A DNA stretch of 64,000 nt, taken from an uncultured Rhodothermales bacterium. Lineage in GTDB: Bacteria > Bacteroidota > Rhodothermia > Rhodothermales > JABDKH01. Both the position numbers and the translations under genes were made by a program. This document shows positions 40,552 to 50,133 of the stretch, one piece after another (the stretch's first letter is position 1; each line of letters opens with the position of its first letter). The stretch spans positions 1 through 64,000 of the forward strand of contig CBDUKH010000001.1 in assembly GCA_965367755.1 (NCBI GenBank), in the 5' to 3' direction. The notes beneath the pieces were generated by a model. The model had not been told where the DNA came from. It made no database searches and was given only the letters and a program-made list of their open reading frames with translations.

Positions 40552-40616
40552 GTTACAACTTAATCAGACTCCACTCTCACAATCGAATCCCTAATATAAC
40601 GCGCAAGGCGCTGACG

Positions 40617-41531
40617 ATGGCGAACCATCCTTTTCAATTCAATTTTAGCCTCGCGTGTAGAGATAAGGTGCTCCAACTGGGTCGGGGAGCGTCTCGATCT
40701 GTCGTCATGGGCATCTTGAATGTAACGCCGGACTCGTTCTCCGACGGAGGCGATTTTATGGATCGAGATACCGCGGTCAGGCGGGCTGTCCAGATGATCG
40801 CCGAGGGTGCCAGGATAATTGATGTCGGTGGAGCGTCGTCGAGGCCTCCGGGCCGAGCTTACGGTGAGGGCGCCTCCCCGGTCCCGGCCCAAACAGAGAT
40901 CGAACGTGTCGTTCCCGTTATTTCAGCAATCCGTTCGACGAATACCGACATTGTTATTTCCGTGGATACCTATCGACCGGATGTCGCTTATGCGGCAATC
41001 CAGGCGGGGGCAGATATGGTCAACGATATTTCCGCCTTAACCTTTTCCACCGAAATGTTACCCGTCATATCGGAATCGCGCGCGGCGCTCGTTCTCATGC
41101 ATTCACCGCACCTTCCCGGGGCAGTATCGCATGAGGATGACGGATACGATGACGTCCTCGGTGAAGTCCTGGAGATCCTGTCGCAACAGATTCAGACTTC
41201 GTATGTGGCTGGTATCCACAACATATGTGTCGATCCCGGATTTGGCTTCGGCAAGACAATGGCGGCCAACTATCGACTTCTGAATAACTTACATCAGTTT
41301 CGAAGGTTTGGCGTGCCAATACTCGTCGGTATTTCGAGGAAGGCGATGATTGGAGCTGCCCTTGGGAGTCTCGACATACCTGTAGCGTCCAACCGGAGAC
41401 AGATCGGATCGCTTGCAGCTGCTGCCATCGCCATCTCGCGGGGGGCTTCGATTATTAGAACGCACGACGTTAAAGAGACAATGGATGTGCTAAAAGTTCT
41501 CGCGGCAACCGAAACGGAACATGTGACGTGA
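40617..41531 (+). CDS. folP: dihydropteroate synthase
   Basis: VMGILNVTPDSFSDGG opening motif, a pterin-binding fold, and GxSRK near the C-terminus. The start is chosen at MANHPF inside the longer ORF 40494..41531. Confidence 0.85.
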   Translation: MANHPFQFNFSLACRDKVLQLGRGASRSVVMGILNVTPDSFSDGGDFMDRDTAVRRAVQMIAEGARIIDVGGASSRPPGRAYGEGASPVPAQTEIERVVPVISAIRSTNTDIVISVDTYRPDVAYAAIQAGADMVNDISALTFSTEMLPVISESRAALVLMHSPHLPGAVSHEDDGYDDVLGEVLEILSQQIQTSYVAGIHNICVDPGFGFGKTMAANYRLLNNLHQFRRFGVPILVGISRKAMIGAALGSLDIPVASNRRQIGSLAAAAIAISRGASIIRTHDVKETMDVLKVLAATETEHVT

Positions 41532-41587
41532 AGTTATATATCTTGCGTCGTGTTCGATAATAGTATCGATACGCTCTAAACCATGCC

Positions 41588-42394
41588 GTGCCGTTGACGC
41601 TGTTTCAGTGGGTAATACCGATTCGATTAATAGATATCGTGGAGATATTGATCTTCGCGTATATCCTGTACAAGCTGTACGTGCTGATGCGAGGCACTAT
41701 TGCAGTACAGATTTTCATCGGCGTGATGGCTCTTTTCCTTGTCCAGTTTATTGTGACGATTCTGGATATGAGAATGCTCGGGTCGCTCTTCGCACTACTC
41801 AGCGAAGTATTTGTGCTTGCCGTCATCATCCTTTTCCAACCCGAGATACGCAGGTTATTGCTCGCGCTTGGACAGAATCCGCTGGTTCGGCGGTTCGTGA
41901 AATTACCAGAACACGAGCAGGTCATTACAGAAGTTGTCGAGGCGGTGTCTCATCTGAGCAGACAACGAATCGGTGGCCTGATTGCCTTTGAGCGATCGAC
42001 TGGACTTCGCAGTTATACGGAAACCGGAACGCTGTTGCAGGCCAGAGTGACCCATGACCTGTTGATTACAATATTCTATTCTCAGAATCCATTGCATGAT
42101 GGTGCCGTCATTATCCGCAACAGGAGGATCGAGGCTGCCCGCTGCATCCTACCGGTGTCGTCAAGTATGAAGCTAAGCCCACACCTGGGCCTTCGGCATA
42201 GGGCGGCGGTCGGCTTAAGCGAACTTACTGACGCATTCGTCATCGTTGTTTCGGAAGAAACGGGCCGTATTTCTTTTGCAACCGATGGCAATCTTGAAAC
42301 GGATGTTTCGATCGACGAGCTTCATGGGTATCTTGGACGTATCCTCCTGCAACAGGCGTCGGAATCCACTGAGCTGGCTGTTGCCGAAGTCTAG
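41588..42394 (+). CDS. cdaA: diadenylate cyclase CdaA (DAC domain, membrane-anchored)
   Basis: Three N-terminal transmembrane helices. DAC motifs DGAVII and RHRAAVGLSE...VVSEETG. Confidence 0.85.
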   Translation: MPLTLFQWVIPIRLIDIVEILIFAYILYKLYVLMRGTIAVQIFIGVMALFLVQFIVTILDMRMLGSLFALLSEVFVLAVIILFQPEIRRLLLALGQNPLVRRFVKLPEHEQVITEVVEAVSHLSRQRIGGLIAFERSTGLRSYTETGTLLQARVTHDLLITIFYSQNPLHDGAVIIRNRRIEAARCILPVSSSMKLSPHLGLRHRAAVGLSELTDAFVIVVSEETGRISFATDGNLETDVSIDELHGYLGRILLQQASESTELAVAEV

Positions 42395-42405
42395 AACTAC
42401 TTTCG

Positions 42406-43080
42406 ATGGAAACTGATGACTGGAAGTACCAACGCAGGCGTCGCCGGTTGGTAGATACCCTGTATGAGAAGGGAATTCGCGATAAGGCCGTTCTTGATGC
42501 CGTCGGACGAGTTCCTCGACACCTGTTCGTCGATCCTGGACTCATTTCCCGGTCATACGAAGACGAAGCACTTCCCATTGGATTGAAGCAAACGATTTCT
42601 CAACCGTATACCGTTGCGTATCAGACTTCCCTTCTGGAAATCTCGCCCGACGACAAAATTCTCGAAGTGGGCACCGGTAGTGGATACCAGGCTGCAGTCC
42701 TTGCCGAACTCGGTTGCATAATCTATTCGATCGAGAGGTTGCAACCATTGTACGATCGGACAAAAGAGCTCCTGACAAAATTGAACTACCGGGTAACGAT
42801 GAAATGCGGAGACGGAACGGCTGGATGGGATACTTTTGCTCCGTATGACGGGATAATTGTCACCGCTGGTGCAAACAGGGTTCCAGATGCACTGCTTGAA
42901 CAGCTACGAATGCCCTCGGACGACAAGCCTGGTGGTACACTCATCATTCCGGTCGGGGACCGAGATGGTCAGACCATGTATAAAGTCACGCGTACAGGAG
43001 AAAAATCTTTCTCACGGGAAAAGTCACACGACTTCCTGTTCGTTCCACTGGTCAAGGAAAGTGGCTCAGAAAGCCGCTAA
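42406..43080 (+). CDS. pcm: protein-L-isoaspartate O-methyltransferase
   Basis: SAM motif VLEVGTGSGYQAAVLAEL, 224 aa, PIMT-family order of motifs. Confidence 0.85.
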   Translation: METDDWKYQRRRRRLVDTLYEKGIRDKAVLDAVGRVPRHLFVDPGLISRSYEDEALPIGLKQTISQPYTVAYQTSLLEISPDDKILEVGTGSGYQAAVLAELGCIIYSIERLQPLYDRTKELLTKLNYRVTMKCGDGTAGWDTFAPYDGIIVTAGANRVPDALLEQLRMPSDDKPGGTLIIPVGDRDGQTMYKVTRTGEKSFSREKSHDFLFVPLVKESGSESR

Positions 43081-43379
43081 CTCTCGACTTGTTTATTGGA
43101 TGACCAGTGCCAGGCTTCGTGGTCGACAGACTCTACGATCCCAACGATTGTCGCATCTGTTGGTGTAAGACCTGGTTTGAACGGGATCGCTGCTTCAGCT
43201 GAGGTTGCGTAGAGAACCATGTCTCCCTGACCGGCATCGACGGTATCCAGAGCTATTATTGGCATTCCCCGCACGTGGCCGCTGAAAGTTAACGGCTGTA
43301 CCATCAGAAGGCGCTTACTTTCCAGGGCAGGATGTTTTTGTGTCGCCCAGATATTCCCGACTACTTTGGCAAGTTTCAT
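43077..43379 (-). CDS. EutN/CcmL/PduN-family bacterial microcompartment vertex (BMC-P) protein
   Basis: 100 aa. MKLAKVVGNIWATQK... aligns with the EutN/PduN N-terminus and central ALDTVDAGQGDMVLYATSAEA block. Confidence 0.65.
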   Translation of the reverse strand: MKLAKVVGNIWATQKHPALESKRLLMVQPLTFSGHVRGMPIIALDTVDAGQGDMVLYATSAEAAIPFKPGLTPTDATIVGIVESVDHEAWHWSSNKQVES

Positions 43380-43672
43380 GCGACATCCGCCATCATTTCC
43401 TCAAACTGGGAGATGTCCAGCTTGTCAACGATTGCTGTTATCACGGCATCCACGGGCTTCTTGTCCGTGAGCTCCGTCTGCCGCGCACTTGAACCCTGTG
43501 CGACGAGCACAACCTCTCCGACTCCAGCACCGACGCTGTCGACGGCGACTACAAACTTGTCTTTAAGACTATAGTCGAGCTCCACCTCTTGCACAATCTG
43601 GAACTTCATTCCGACAAGCTGGGCATCCTTGCGTGTAGCCCAAACCGTCCCGACGACTTTTCCTAATATCAT
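43376..43672 (-). CDS. EutN/CcmL/PduN-family bacterial microcompartment vertex (BMC-P) protein
   Basis: 98 aa. MILGKVVGTVWATRK...VVAVDSVGAGVGEVVLVAQGSSARQ closely parallels PduN/EutN. It shares 4 bp with its tandem partner. Confidence 0.75.
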   Translation of the reverse strand: MILGKVVGTVWATRKDAQLVGMKFQIVQEVELDYSLKDKFVVAVDSVGAGVGEVVLVAQGSSARQTELTDKKPVDAVITAIVDKLDISQFEEMMADVA

Positions 43673-43840
43673 TGCTTACAACGATTATTTACGCTCGCAT
43701 TCCACAGTAATATAGGAACGACGAAACGTAAAGCGAGACAACCTTAATGACTTAGTATCGTGATTATTTCGTGCCCTGGTTGCCTGATCGCATGGAAATA
43801 ATTACGTTTTGGCTCTTTTACATACAAAACCGTGTAGACA

Positions 43841-45109
43841 ATGCGAGGATTAACGGCACTCACGCTAAGCGTTATACTGCTTGGCGGATTAACCGGCTGC
43901 GAGAACAGCACAGAGGGTGGCGAAATGACCACCGATCAAATCGATGCTCTTGCCGCCGAAGTGCAGGACGAAATTATTACAATAGACACCCATATCGACA
44001 TCCCATTTACGTTCGCCACCGATGAGGCAGATCCGGGTGTTCGGGGCGATTACCAGGTCGATCTTCCGAAGTTAGATGAAGGAGGCCTCGATGCCGGCTT
44101 TTGGATAGTGTACGTCGGACAGACTGAAAGGACTGAAGAGAATTACGCCGAGGCAAAAGAACTTGCTATGACCAAGTTCGATGCAATTCATCGTATGACT
44201 GATGAAATGTATCCGGATCAAATTGGACTCGCGTATACCGCAGAAGATGTCATCTCCATCCACAACGAGGGAAAGAAGGTTGCACTCATCGGAATTGAGA
44301 ATGGCTATGTGATCGGAAAAGATCTTTCATTGCTGGAGAAATACCACGCGCTTGGTGCACGATATATCACGCTGGCTCACGGCGGTCACAACGACATCGC
44401 CGACTCATCGACTCCACGTGAAAATCTCGGTGACGGAGAAGAGGAGCATGGAGGCATCAGCGACTTCGGTGCAGAAGTTATCGAGGAAATGAATCGCCTG
44501 GGTATTATGGTAGATGTATCACACATCTCCAAGAAAGCAATGCTGGAAGCAGCGCAGCTGTCGGCAGCCCCGGTCATCGCATCTCATTCCAGTGCCCGAG
44601 CACTATGCGATCATCCCCGAAATATGGATGACGAGATGCTTCAAGCGCTGAAGAAAAATGGTGGCGTCGTTCAGACAGTTGCTTTTTCGTCATACGTAAA
44701 AGAATCTCCTGAAGAAAAGACTGCCGCAATGAATGCCCTACGAGAAGAAATGGGAATCACCAGCAGAGCCGCATGGTCGAATTTGACAGATGAGCAGCGA
44801 GAGGCATATCAGGCCCGCGTGGCTGAGTTGGACGAACAATGGCCACCAGCTAACGTCAGTGACTTTGTTGATCATATTGATTATATGGTTAACCTTATCG
44901 GTATTGACCACGTCGGCATCAGCTCTGATTTTGACGGCGGCGGCGGTGTTGTTGGATGGCAAGACGCCAGCGAGACTCTCAACGTGACCAAAGAACTTGT
45001 CAGACGAGGTTACTCGAAAGAGCAGATTGAGCAAATCTGGGGTCGTAACCTTCTTCGTGTTCTTCGCAGTGTCGAAGAAGTAGCGGCACAGAAACAGGCG
45101 GAAGCCTAG
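43841..45109 (+). CDS. membrane dipeptidase (peptidase family M19) lipoprotein
   Basis: Lipoprotein signal (LLGGLTGC). M19/renal dipeptidase motifs DTHIDIP, HNDIAD, and an SSDFDGGGG metal-binding region. Confidence 0.8.
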   Translation: MRGLTALTLSVILLGGLTGCENSTEGGEMTTDQIDALAAEVQDEIITIDTHIDIPFTFATDEADPGVRGDYQVDLPKLDEGGLDAGFWIVYVGQTERTEENYAEAKELAMTKFDAIHRMTDEMYPDQIGLAYTAEDVISIHNEGKKVALIGIENGYVIGKDLSLLEKYHALGARYITLAHGGHNDIADSSTPRENLGDGEEEHGGISDFGAEVIEEMNRLGIMVDVSHISKKAMLEAAQLSAAPVIASHSSARALCDHPRNMDDEMLQALKKNGGVVQTVAFSSYVKESPEEKTAAMNALREEMGITSRAAWSNLTDEQREAYQARVAELDEQWPPANVSDFVDHIDYMVNLIGIDHVGISSDFDGGGGVVGWQDASETLNVTKELVRRGYSKEQIEQIWGRNLLRVLRSVEEVAAQKQAEA

Positions 45110-45164
45110 CAGGCTGGACTCTTAGTTGCCAGACGGCCTCCGGGGCGATTCGAATACCATCGGT

Positions 45165-46343
45165 TTAGCCCCGGGGGTTTGTCAGGAATGACGTGCCTGG
45201 AATCTTGTGATCAGAGATTCCGAAGTAGTCAAGGACCGAACTGGCGTGGTCAGCAAATGAATCACGCAATCCGAGGTCGGTACACACTGCATCTCCAAAA
45301 AGCAGAAGCGGCACATATTCTCGGGTATGATCTGTTCCGGGGAATGTCGGGTCGTTACCATGATCTGCGGTCAACAGCATTCGACTGCCCTCCGGAAGCG
45401 CTGCAAGGATTGATGGCAGCTCCTGATCAAACTCTTCGAGCGCAGTTGCGAAACCTGCGGGATCGTTTCTGTGGCCATACTCCTGATCAAAATCGACGAG
45501 ATTGACCCACACATAGGTTTTTTCACCGCTGTGATTGTGGAGAGCGGATATTGTCCGGGCTATACCATCAGCGTTGGAAGCTGTTTTGAACGATTTGTCA
45601 AATCCGACACCGCCGAACAGGTCTGCTACCTTTCCGATTGAGATGGTCTCAATCCCATTATTCTGAAGAATGGTTTGGAGGGGGTCGACGACAGGCAGGT
45701 ACGAATAATCTTTACGGTCTTTCGAAACGCGAGAAAAATTGCCAGGTGTTCCGATAAACGGCCGGGCAATCACGCGTCCTACTCCATGATCATCGACGCA
45801 GACGTGCCTGCGAGTAAGGTCGCACATCTCGTACAGAGACATCAGTGGAATAATGTCGGTGTGGGCTGCAATTTGGAAAACACTGTCAGCCGAAGTGTAT
45901 ACGATCGGGAACCCGGTCGCGATATGCTGCTCACCCAGTTGGTCGATAATTTCGGTCCCAGATGCGGCCTTGTTACCGAGGATGCCTTCGGATGATGTTA
46001 CCTCCTTGAATCGCTGTATCAGCGCTTCAGGAAAACCGTTGGGATAGGTGGGGAACGGTTTTTCCAGATTGATTCCTCCAAGCTCCCAATGACCCGTTGT
46101 AGAATCTTTGCCAGCGGACTTCTCCATCATTTTCCCCCATGATGCCCCAGGTGAGTCTGTGGGAGGAATCCCCGGGAGGGTGATAATGTTGCCGAGCCCT
46201 GCACGCTGAAGGTTAGGCAGGTTGGGTCGCTGTTGTTCGACAACATGAGCAAGCGTATTTGCGCCGACATCGCCGTAGTCTGACGCGTCAGGTTGGTACC
46301 CAACGCCTACGCCATCCAGAACAATCGTAATACAGAAAGGCAA
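45165..46343 (-). CDS. deoB: phosphopentomutase
   Basis: 392 aa in the alkaline-phosphatase-superfamily DeoB arrangement (ILDGVGVG..., TADHGND, metal-binding Asp/His). Confidence 0.8.
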   Translation of the reverse strand: MPFCITIVLDGVGVGYQPDASDYGDVGANTLAHVVEQQRPNLPNLQRAGLGNIITLPGIPPTDSPGASWGKMMEKSAGKDSTTGHWELGGINLEKPFPTYPNGFPEALIQRFKEVTSSEGILGNKAASGTEIIDQLGEQHIATGFPIVYTSADSVFQIAAHTDIIPLMSLYEMCDLTRRHVCVDDHGVGRVIARPFIGTPGNFSRVSKDRKDYSYLPVVDPLQTILQNNGIETISIGKVADLFGGVGFDKSFKTASNADGIARTISALHNHSGEKTYVWVNLVDFDQEYGHRNDPAGFATALEEFDQELPSILAALPEGSRMLLTADHGNDPTFPGTDHTREYVPLLLFGDAVCTDLGLRDSFADHASSVLDYFGISDHKIPGTSFLTNPRG

Positions 46344-46354
46344 TTTGATCTGAG

Positions 46355-47848
46355 TTATTCCAGGATGGTGCAGGCACCTGTTTCGAGTGCTTCTTCCAGG
46401 GCCGTCGACGCATCTGTTCGCAATTCATCAGCGCCGTGATGCCGATCAGTCAACATGGCAACGCCGACGCTGACGCCACCTGACAATCCGTTGCCGCTTT
46501 TTGAAGCTTCATTCTGGATTCGGATTGCCCAGCGTTCAACATCATTAACATTGCCTCGGTACAGGACGCCAAAAGTCAGTTCGCCGAAATGCTCAACGCG
46601 TCCTTTGTCAGTTGATCGCCTTAGAAGCTTGTCCAGTTGCTCTTCGATTTTGGCAATGTCTTCTTTACTTTTTTGTGATACCGCCTCGGCATCATTGAGA
46701 TAGATCAGGGCAAGGGCGAGTTCTTTACTGGCGGCCCGGGCATTCGAAATTTCGTCAGCGATAATTTCCCGTCGCGGCCTAGATCCATCTGACTCGACAT
46801 CGCCAGACCCGAAATGCATGTCCAGCATTGGACCAATTACCTGGGCATAGCGATCAAACAGGCGACAGGACGTTGCATCTCCGACGAATGATTCGTCGAA
46901 GGAATCTGCGAGTAGCAGGTAACGTTCGGCGTCCGAACTGGCATAAATTCTGGCTGTTGCCACGTTCCTGACGGCGATATTTTCGCGGTAATACCCGACA
47001 GCATCTTCAAGCAGACCTTCTGGACCGACACGCATGACCTCTACTGTATTACGGTTCTTCGTAGAGGAGATAAGTGGCATTGGAGAGATAAATGATCCTG
47101 ACGTTCGTGCGTAGCCGTTCTTGCTGACGACACCTACAATCGAATACTTTGTCGTATCCAGTTTGTACGAAAGGACGCAGACAGTATGAGCGTTTATTGC
47201 AGCTCGTAAGGATACGAGGCATGGGAGCAAGACCTGTCCCAGAGATTCGTCCTGGGCCTCTTGAACAGCGATATAATTCTCGTCTGCCCTGGGCTTGGCT
47301 TTCGAAGGATTAGGCCTGCTGGATGACACACGGGAGCCTCTGTCGAGCTCGCTTGCGTTGTCGGTTGTCGACTTGGTTTTCTTGGAAGTTACAGGTCTGG
47401 CAACCGACACTTCTTCACCGGGCTCAAACGGAATGTGATCTTCATCCATATCATCAGCAAACATTTCTACCGTATCTCCCGCCGGCTTCGTTGCGGCTGA
47501 TTTTGAAACAGATTTATAGGCGGCTGTCTTGCCTTTCTTCGACGTGGTAGGCCGGTGCTCAATCTCATCTGATGGTTGAGTGCTACTGCCTGTCGATGGA
47601 GTGGCCGATGTTTTCGGTTTGATTTCTAGAATGCCCAGCGACTGCAGGTCATCTACTTCTTTTGCGTCGCTCCTCATCTCCCGCCCAGATTGACCTGACG
47701 GAAAAAACTCTCGTCTCTTGTCGAGCAAGTACGAGACGACGGTAAGGCCCAGAAAAAGAATGGCCAGGCCGTACAGAATATTCAGCTTAAGTACGAACGC
47801 GAGCAGCAGTGAAAGGACAGCAAGCGTTACAAATAGGATTCGGGACAT
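46355..47848 (-). CDS. membrane-anchored protein with GAF-like middle region and degenerate GGDEF-like C-terminal domain
   Basis: Two N-terminal transmembrane helices and an S/T/K-rich linker. The C-terminal domain shows the GGDEF fold pattern (LALIYLNDAEAV...HFGELTFGVL...VGVAMLT...ADELRTDASTALEEA), but the GG(D/E)EF motif is degenerate (GELTF). Confidence 0.5.
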   Translation of the reverse strand: MSRILFVTLAVLSLLLAFVLKLNILYGLAILFLGLTVVSYLLDKRREFFPSGQSGREMRSDAKEVDDLQSLGILEIKPKTSATPSTGSSTQPSDEIEHRPTTSKKGKTAAYKSVSKSAATKPAGDTVEMFADDMDEDHIPFEPGEEVSVARPVTSKKTKSTTDNASELDRGSRVSSSRPNPSKAKPRADENYIAVQEAQDESLGQVLLPCLVSLRAAINAHTVCVLSYKLDTTKYSIVGVVSKNGYARTSGSFISPMPLISSTKNRNTVEVMRVGPEGLLEDAVGYYRENIAVRNVATARIYASSDAERYLLLADSFDESFVGDATSCRLFDRYAQVIGPMLDMHFGSGDVESDGSRPRREIIADEISNARAASKELALALIYLNDAEAVSQKSKEDIAKIEEQLDKLLRRSTDKGRVEHFGELTFGVLYRGNVNDVERWAIRIQNEASKSGNGLSGGVSVGVAMLTDRHHGADELRTDASTALEEALETGACTILE

Positions 47849-48094
47849 TCGGCGAGCTCGTTGCCAAACAATTTTCCAGCCGCGCGTGGGTTAAACAAAG
47901 ATAATTAATGCCTGTGTAACCCAAAAGTAATCATATGGTTCTATTTTTCCAGTCTTCCGGCATTATAGCCTGCGGGTGATGCAGCGAGGGCGCATATCGA
48001 TTGATTCTATTCTTTCGAAACGCCTCGATCCCGGGTGAGGTGGAGGCGAGTTGAAACGGCACTGCAACTAGTCTGTCCGACTTTCAGCGTGCCA

Positions 48095-48126
48095 TTTCCT
48101 AGGATTTTTCCTAGAGTTTTTCCTAG
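48095..48126. repeat. three direct TTTCCTAG repeats with exact 12-bp periodicity
   Basis: TTTCCTAG at 48095, 48107 and 48119. The last two units are the 12-mers GATTTTTCCTAG and AGTTTTTCCTAG. Confidence 0.7.
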
Positions 48127-48164
48127 CATTTGTTCATTGGCGCACGACAGCAATTGGTATTAAG

Positions 48165-48203
48165 TTGCTGACGGGGAGGAGGAAGTGGTGGCCCCCGCTC
48201 GAA
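48165..48203. other. conserved intergenic element, copy 2 (TTGCTGACGGGGAGGAGGAAGTGGTGGCCCCCGCTCGA)
   Basis: See copy 1. It lies in the 506-bp gap between ftsX and the GAF/GGDEF-like gene. Confidence 0.5.
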
Positions 48204-48354
48204 AAGTGGCACATTCGACCCGCGAACTGGATGGATCCCAACACCCGGTGACCGGCATCTAACGCGACGCGACAAGAGACGCATTAGGGCGGGCAAACGA
48301 AAGAGCACGAAAAAAAGCGCTCCGAACTGACAGTCAAAAACCAGCTAACGCCGG

Positions 48355-49239
48355 CTAGTGTAGCTCGATATTCTTGATAAATCGCCGGACAGCGAAGAAC
48401 GACCCTGCCCATCCGAGTAACCCACCTAGCAGTAGCATGACAATAGCAAGGAGTGCTGACAAGTCAAGGGTCGACATTGCGCCAAACTGAGGTATGTACC
48501 CACGTAGAAGCGTGTAAAGGAATATCAATACCACCGACGCCAACACTGCCGCTATCAAACCCTGTACGACGCCCTCGACAAGGAAAGGTCGTCGGATGAA
48601 AGAATCAGTTGCCCCGACCAGTTTCATGGTCCGGATCAGAAGGCGCCTGCCGTGAATGGAAAGCCGGATGGTATTGGCAACAAGAAAGACCGACGCGAGA
48701 ACAATCAGTATGCCCACCCAGATACCAATGCGACGGAACGTCTGCATATTGCGCATGACCTTCGTCAACAACGATTCGTTGTAGACTACCTCCTCCACTC
48801 TGTTCCAGGCTCCAAAGTACTCCTTCAAGCTGTTGAGACTATCACTGTTCGCATAGGCCGGCAGGACCCGTACCTTCACAGAAGCAGGCAAAAATGGTTC
48901 GTCGAAAAATACGTCACCATCCTCACCGAACTCCTCTTTAAAGATGCGCACCGCTTCTTCTTTCGAAATGAATTCAGCTGATTCTATACCCGGTGTCACG
49001 AGAGCCCGGTTATAAACGGCTTGACCCAGATTGTTGTCTGCTGAATCGTCCAGAAACAATTCCAACTCGCCTACTCGTTGGCGCAACCAATCGGACACGG
49101 TCTGTGCTTCATAACTCATCAGAATAAATATTCCGATCATTACGAGAGCGACAGCCATAGAACCTGTCGTAGCTATCGACGCAAACTTCGCCCTGGAAAA
49201 ACCGGCGATCCCCTCCTTAAAAGTATACGAAAATGACAC
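48355..49239 (-). CDS. ftsX: cell division permease FtsX
   Basis: 294 aa, four transmembrane segments with a large periplasmic loop after TM1, FtsX-family conservation. Confidence 0.8.
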   Translation of the reverse strand: MSFSYTFKEGIAGFSRAKFASIATTGSMAVALVMIGIFILMSYEAQTVSDWLRQRVGELELFLDDSADNNLGQAVYNRALVTPGIESAEFISKEEAVRIFKEEFGEDGDVFFDEPFLPASVKVRVLPAYANSDSLNSLKEYFGAWNRVEEVVYNESLLTKVMRNMQTFRRIGIWVGILIVLASVFLVANTIRLSIHGRRLLIRTMKLVGATDSFIRRPFLVEGVVQGLIAAVLASVVLIFLYTLLRGYIPQFGAMSTLDLSALLAIVMLLLGGLLGWAGSFFAVRRFIKNIELH

Positions 49240-49282
49240 GGCAGGGCCTGAATTTAAATGGTGGTTGACAGGATAATACCCA

Positions 49283-50122
49283 TCACTCGACTACTGTTCC
49301 AATCGGATACGATCCTAGTATTTTAAGGTCGTCAGAAAGTTCTAAAAGATGGTCCAACGCCTTCTCCACAAGAGAATCCGAGGCAGAACCCTCTATATCG
49401 AAGTAAAACACGTATCTACCGGGGCTTCCAACCAGAGGACGGCTCTCAATCTTAAATAAATCAATCTCTCTCAGAGCAAACACCGCGAGGCTCTTGAATA
49501 GCGCTCCGGGGACGTTTTCCTTTAACGTGTACACAAGGGACGTTTTGTATTGCGAATTGACATCGTCCCCGGGCCACCTGTTCGCCTCCTCTTTTGTCAA
49601 CATGAGAAAGCGGGTATAATTCCTGTGATTACTCTCGATATCTGTAGCAACAATCTCAAGTCCATATTCTTCGGCCGCCTCCCGGCTCGCGATTGCTGCT
49701 ACGCCATGCTTCTCCTCTTGCGCGACCATCTTTGCAGCCCCGGCCGTATCGTAAGCCGAGACCAACTCCGCTGACGGGTAATTTTCGCGCAGATATTTCT
49801 TGCACTGACCCAGCGCCTGCGGATGCGACATTATCTTGACTATCGGCCCTCCTCCACGCACCTGCATCAAGTTGTGCTTGATCCTCAGGCTCACTTCGGA
49901 TCTGATTGCTAGATCATGTTCGAGTAACAAATCGTAATTAACGTGGACACTCCCGAAGAGAGAGTTTTCGATTGGCACGACTGCTGCCTCACATGCACCA
50001 TGGGAAACCGATTCAAATACCTCCTCGAAACTAGCCATGGGAACGAGGTCAGCCTGCGGGAGCAACGACCTCGCCGCAGCTTCCGAATACGCCCCTACCT
50101 CACCCTGAAATGATACTCGCAT
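49283..50122 (-). CDS. pheA: prephenate dehydratase
   Basis: The PDT domain starts VSFQGEVGAYSE, has a TRF/ESRP catalytic region (LFKIESRP), and a C-terminal ACT domain. 279 aa. Confidence 0.85.
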   Translation of the reverse strand: MRVSFQGEVGAYSEAAARSLLPQADLVPMASFEEVFESVSHGACEAAVVPIENSLFGSVHVNYDLLLEHDLAIRSEVSLRIKHNLMQVRGGGPIVKIMSHPQALGQCKKYLRENYPSAELVSAYDTAGAAKMVAQEEKHGVAAIASREAAEEYGLEIVATDIESNHRNYTRFLMLTKEEANRWPGDDVNSQYKTSLVYTLKENVPGALFKSLAVFALREIDLFKIESRPLVGSPGRYVFYFDIEGSASDSLVEKALDHLLELSDDLKILGSYPIGTVVE

Positions 50123-50133
50123 TTTCGTAGAGT

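Noticed and set aside
43077-45109. Considered that the EutN pair plus the neighbouring M19 dipeptidase might form a cryptic microcompartment locus.
   Set aside because: The dipeptidase is a lipoprotein with a signal peptide (periplasmic) and is on the opposite strand, and no shell hexamer gene is present, so a functional BMC locus here is unsupported.
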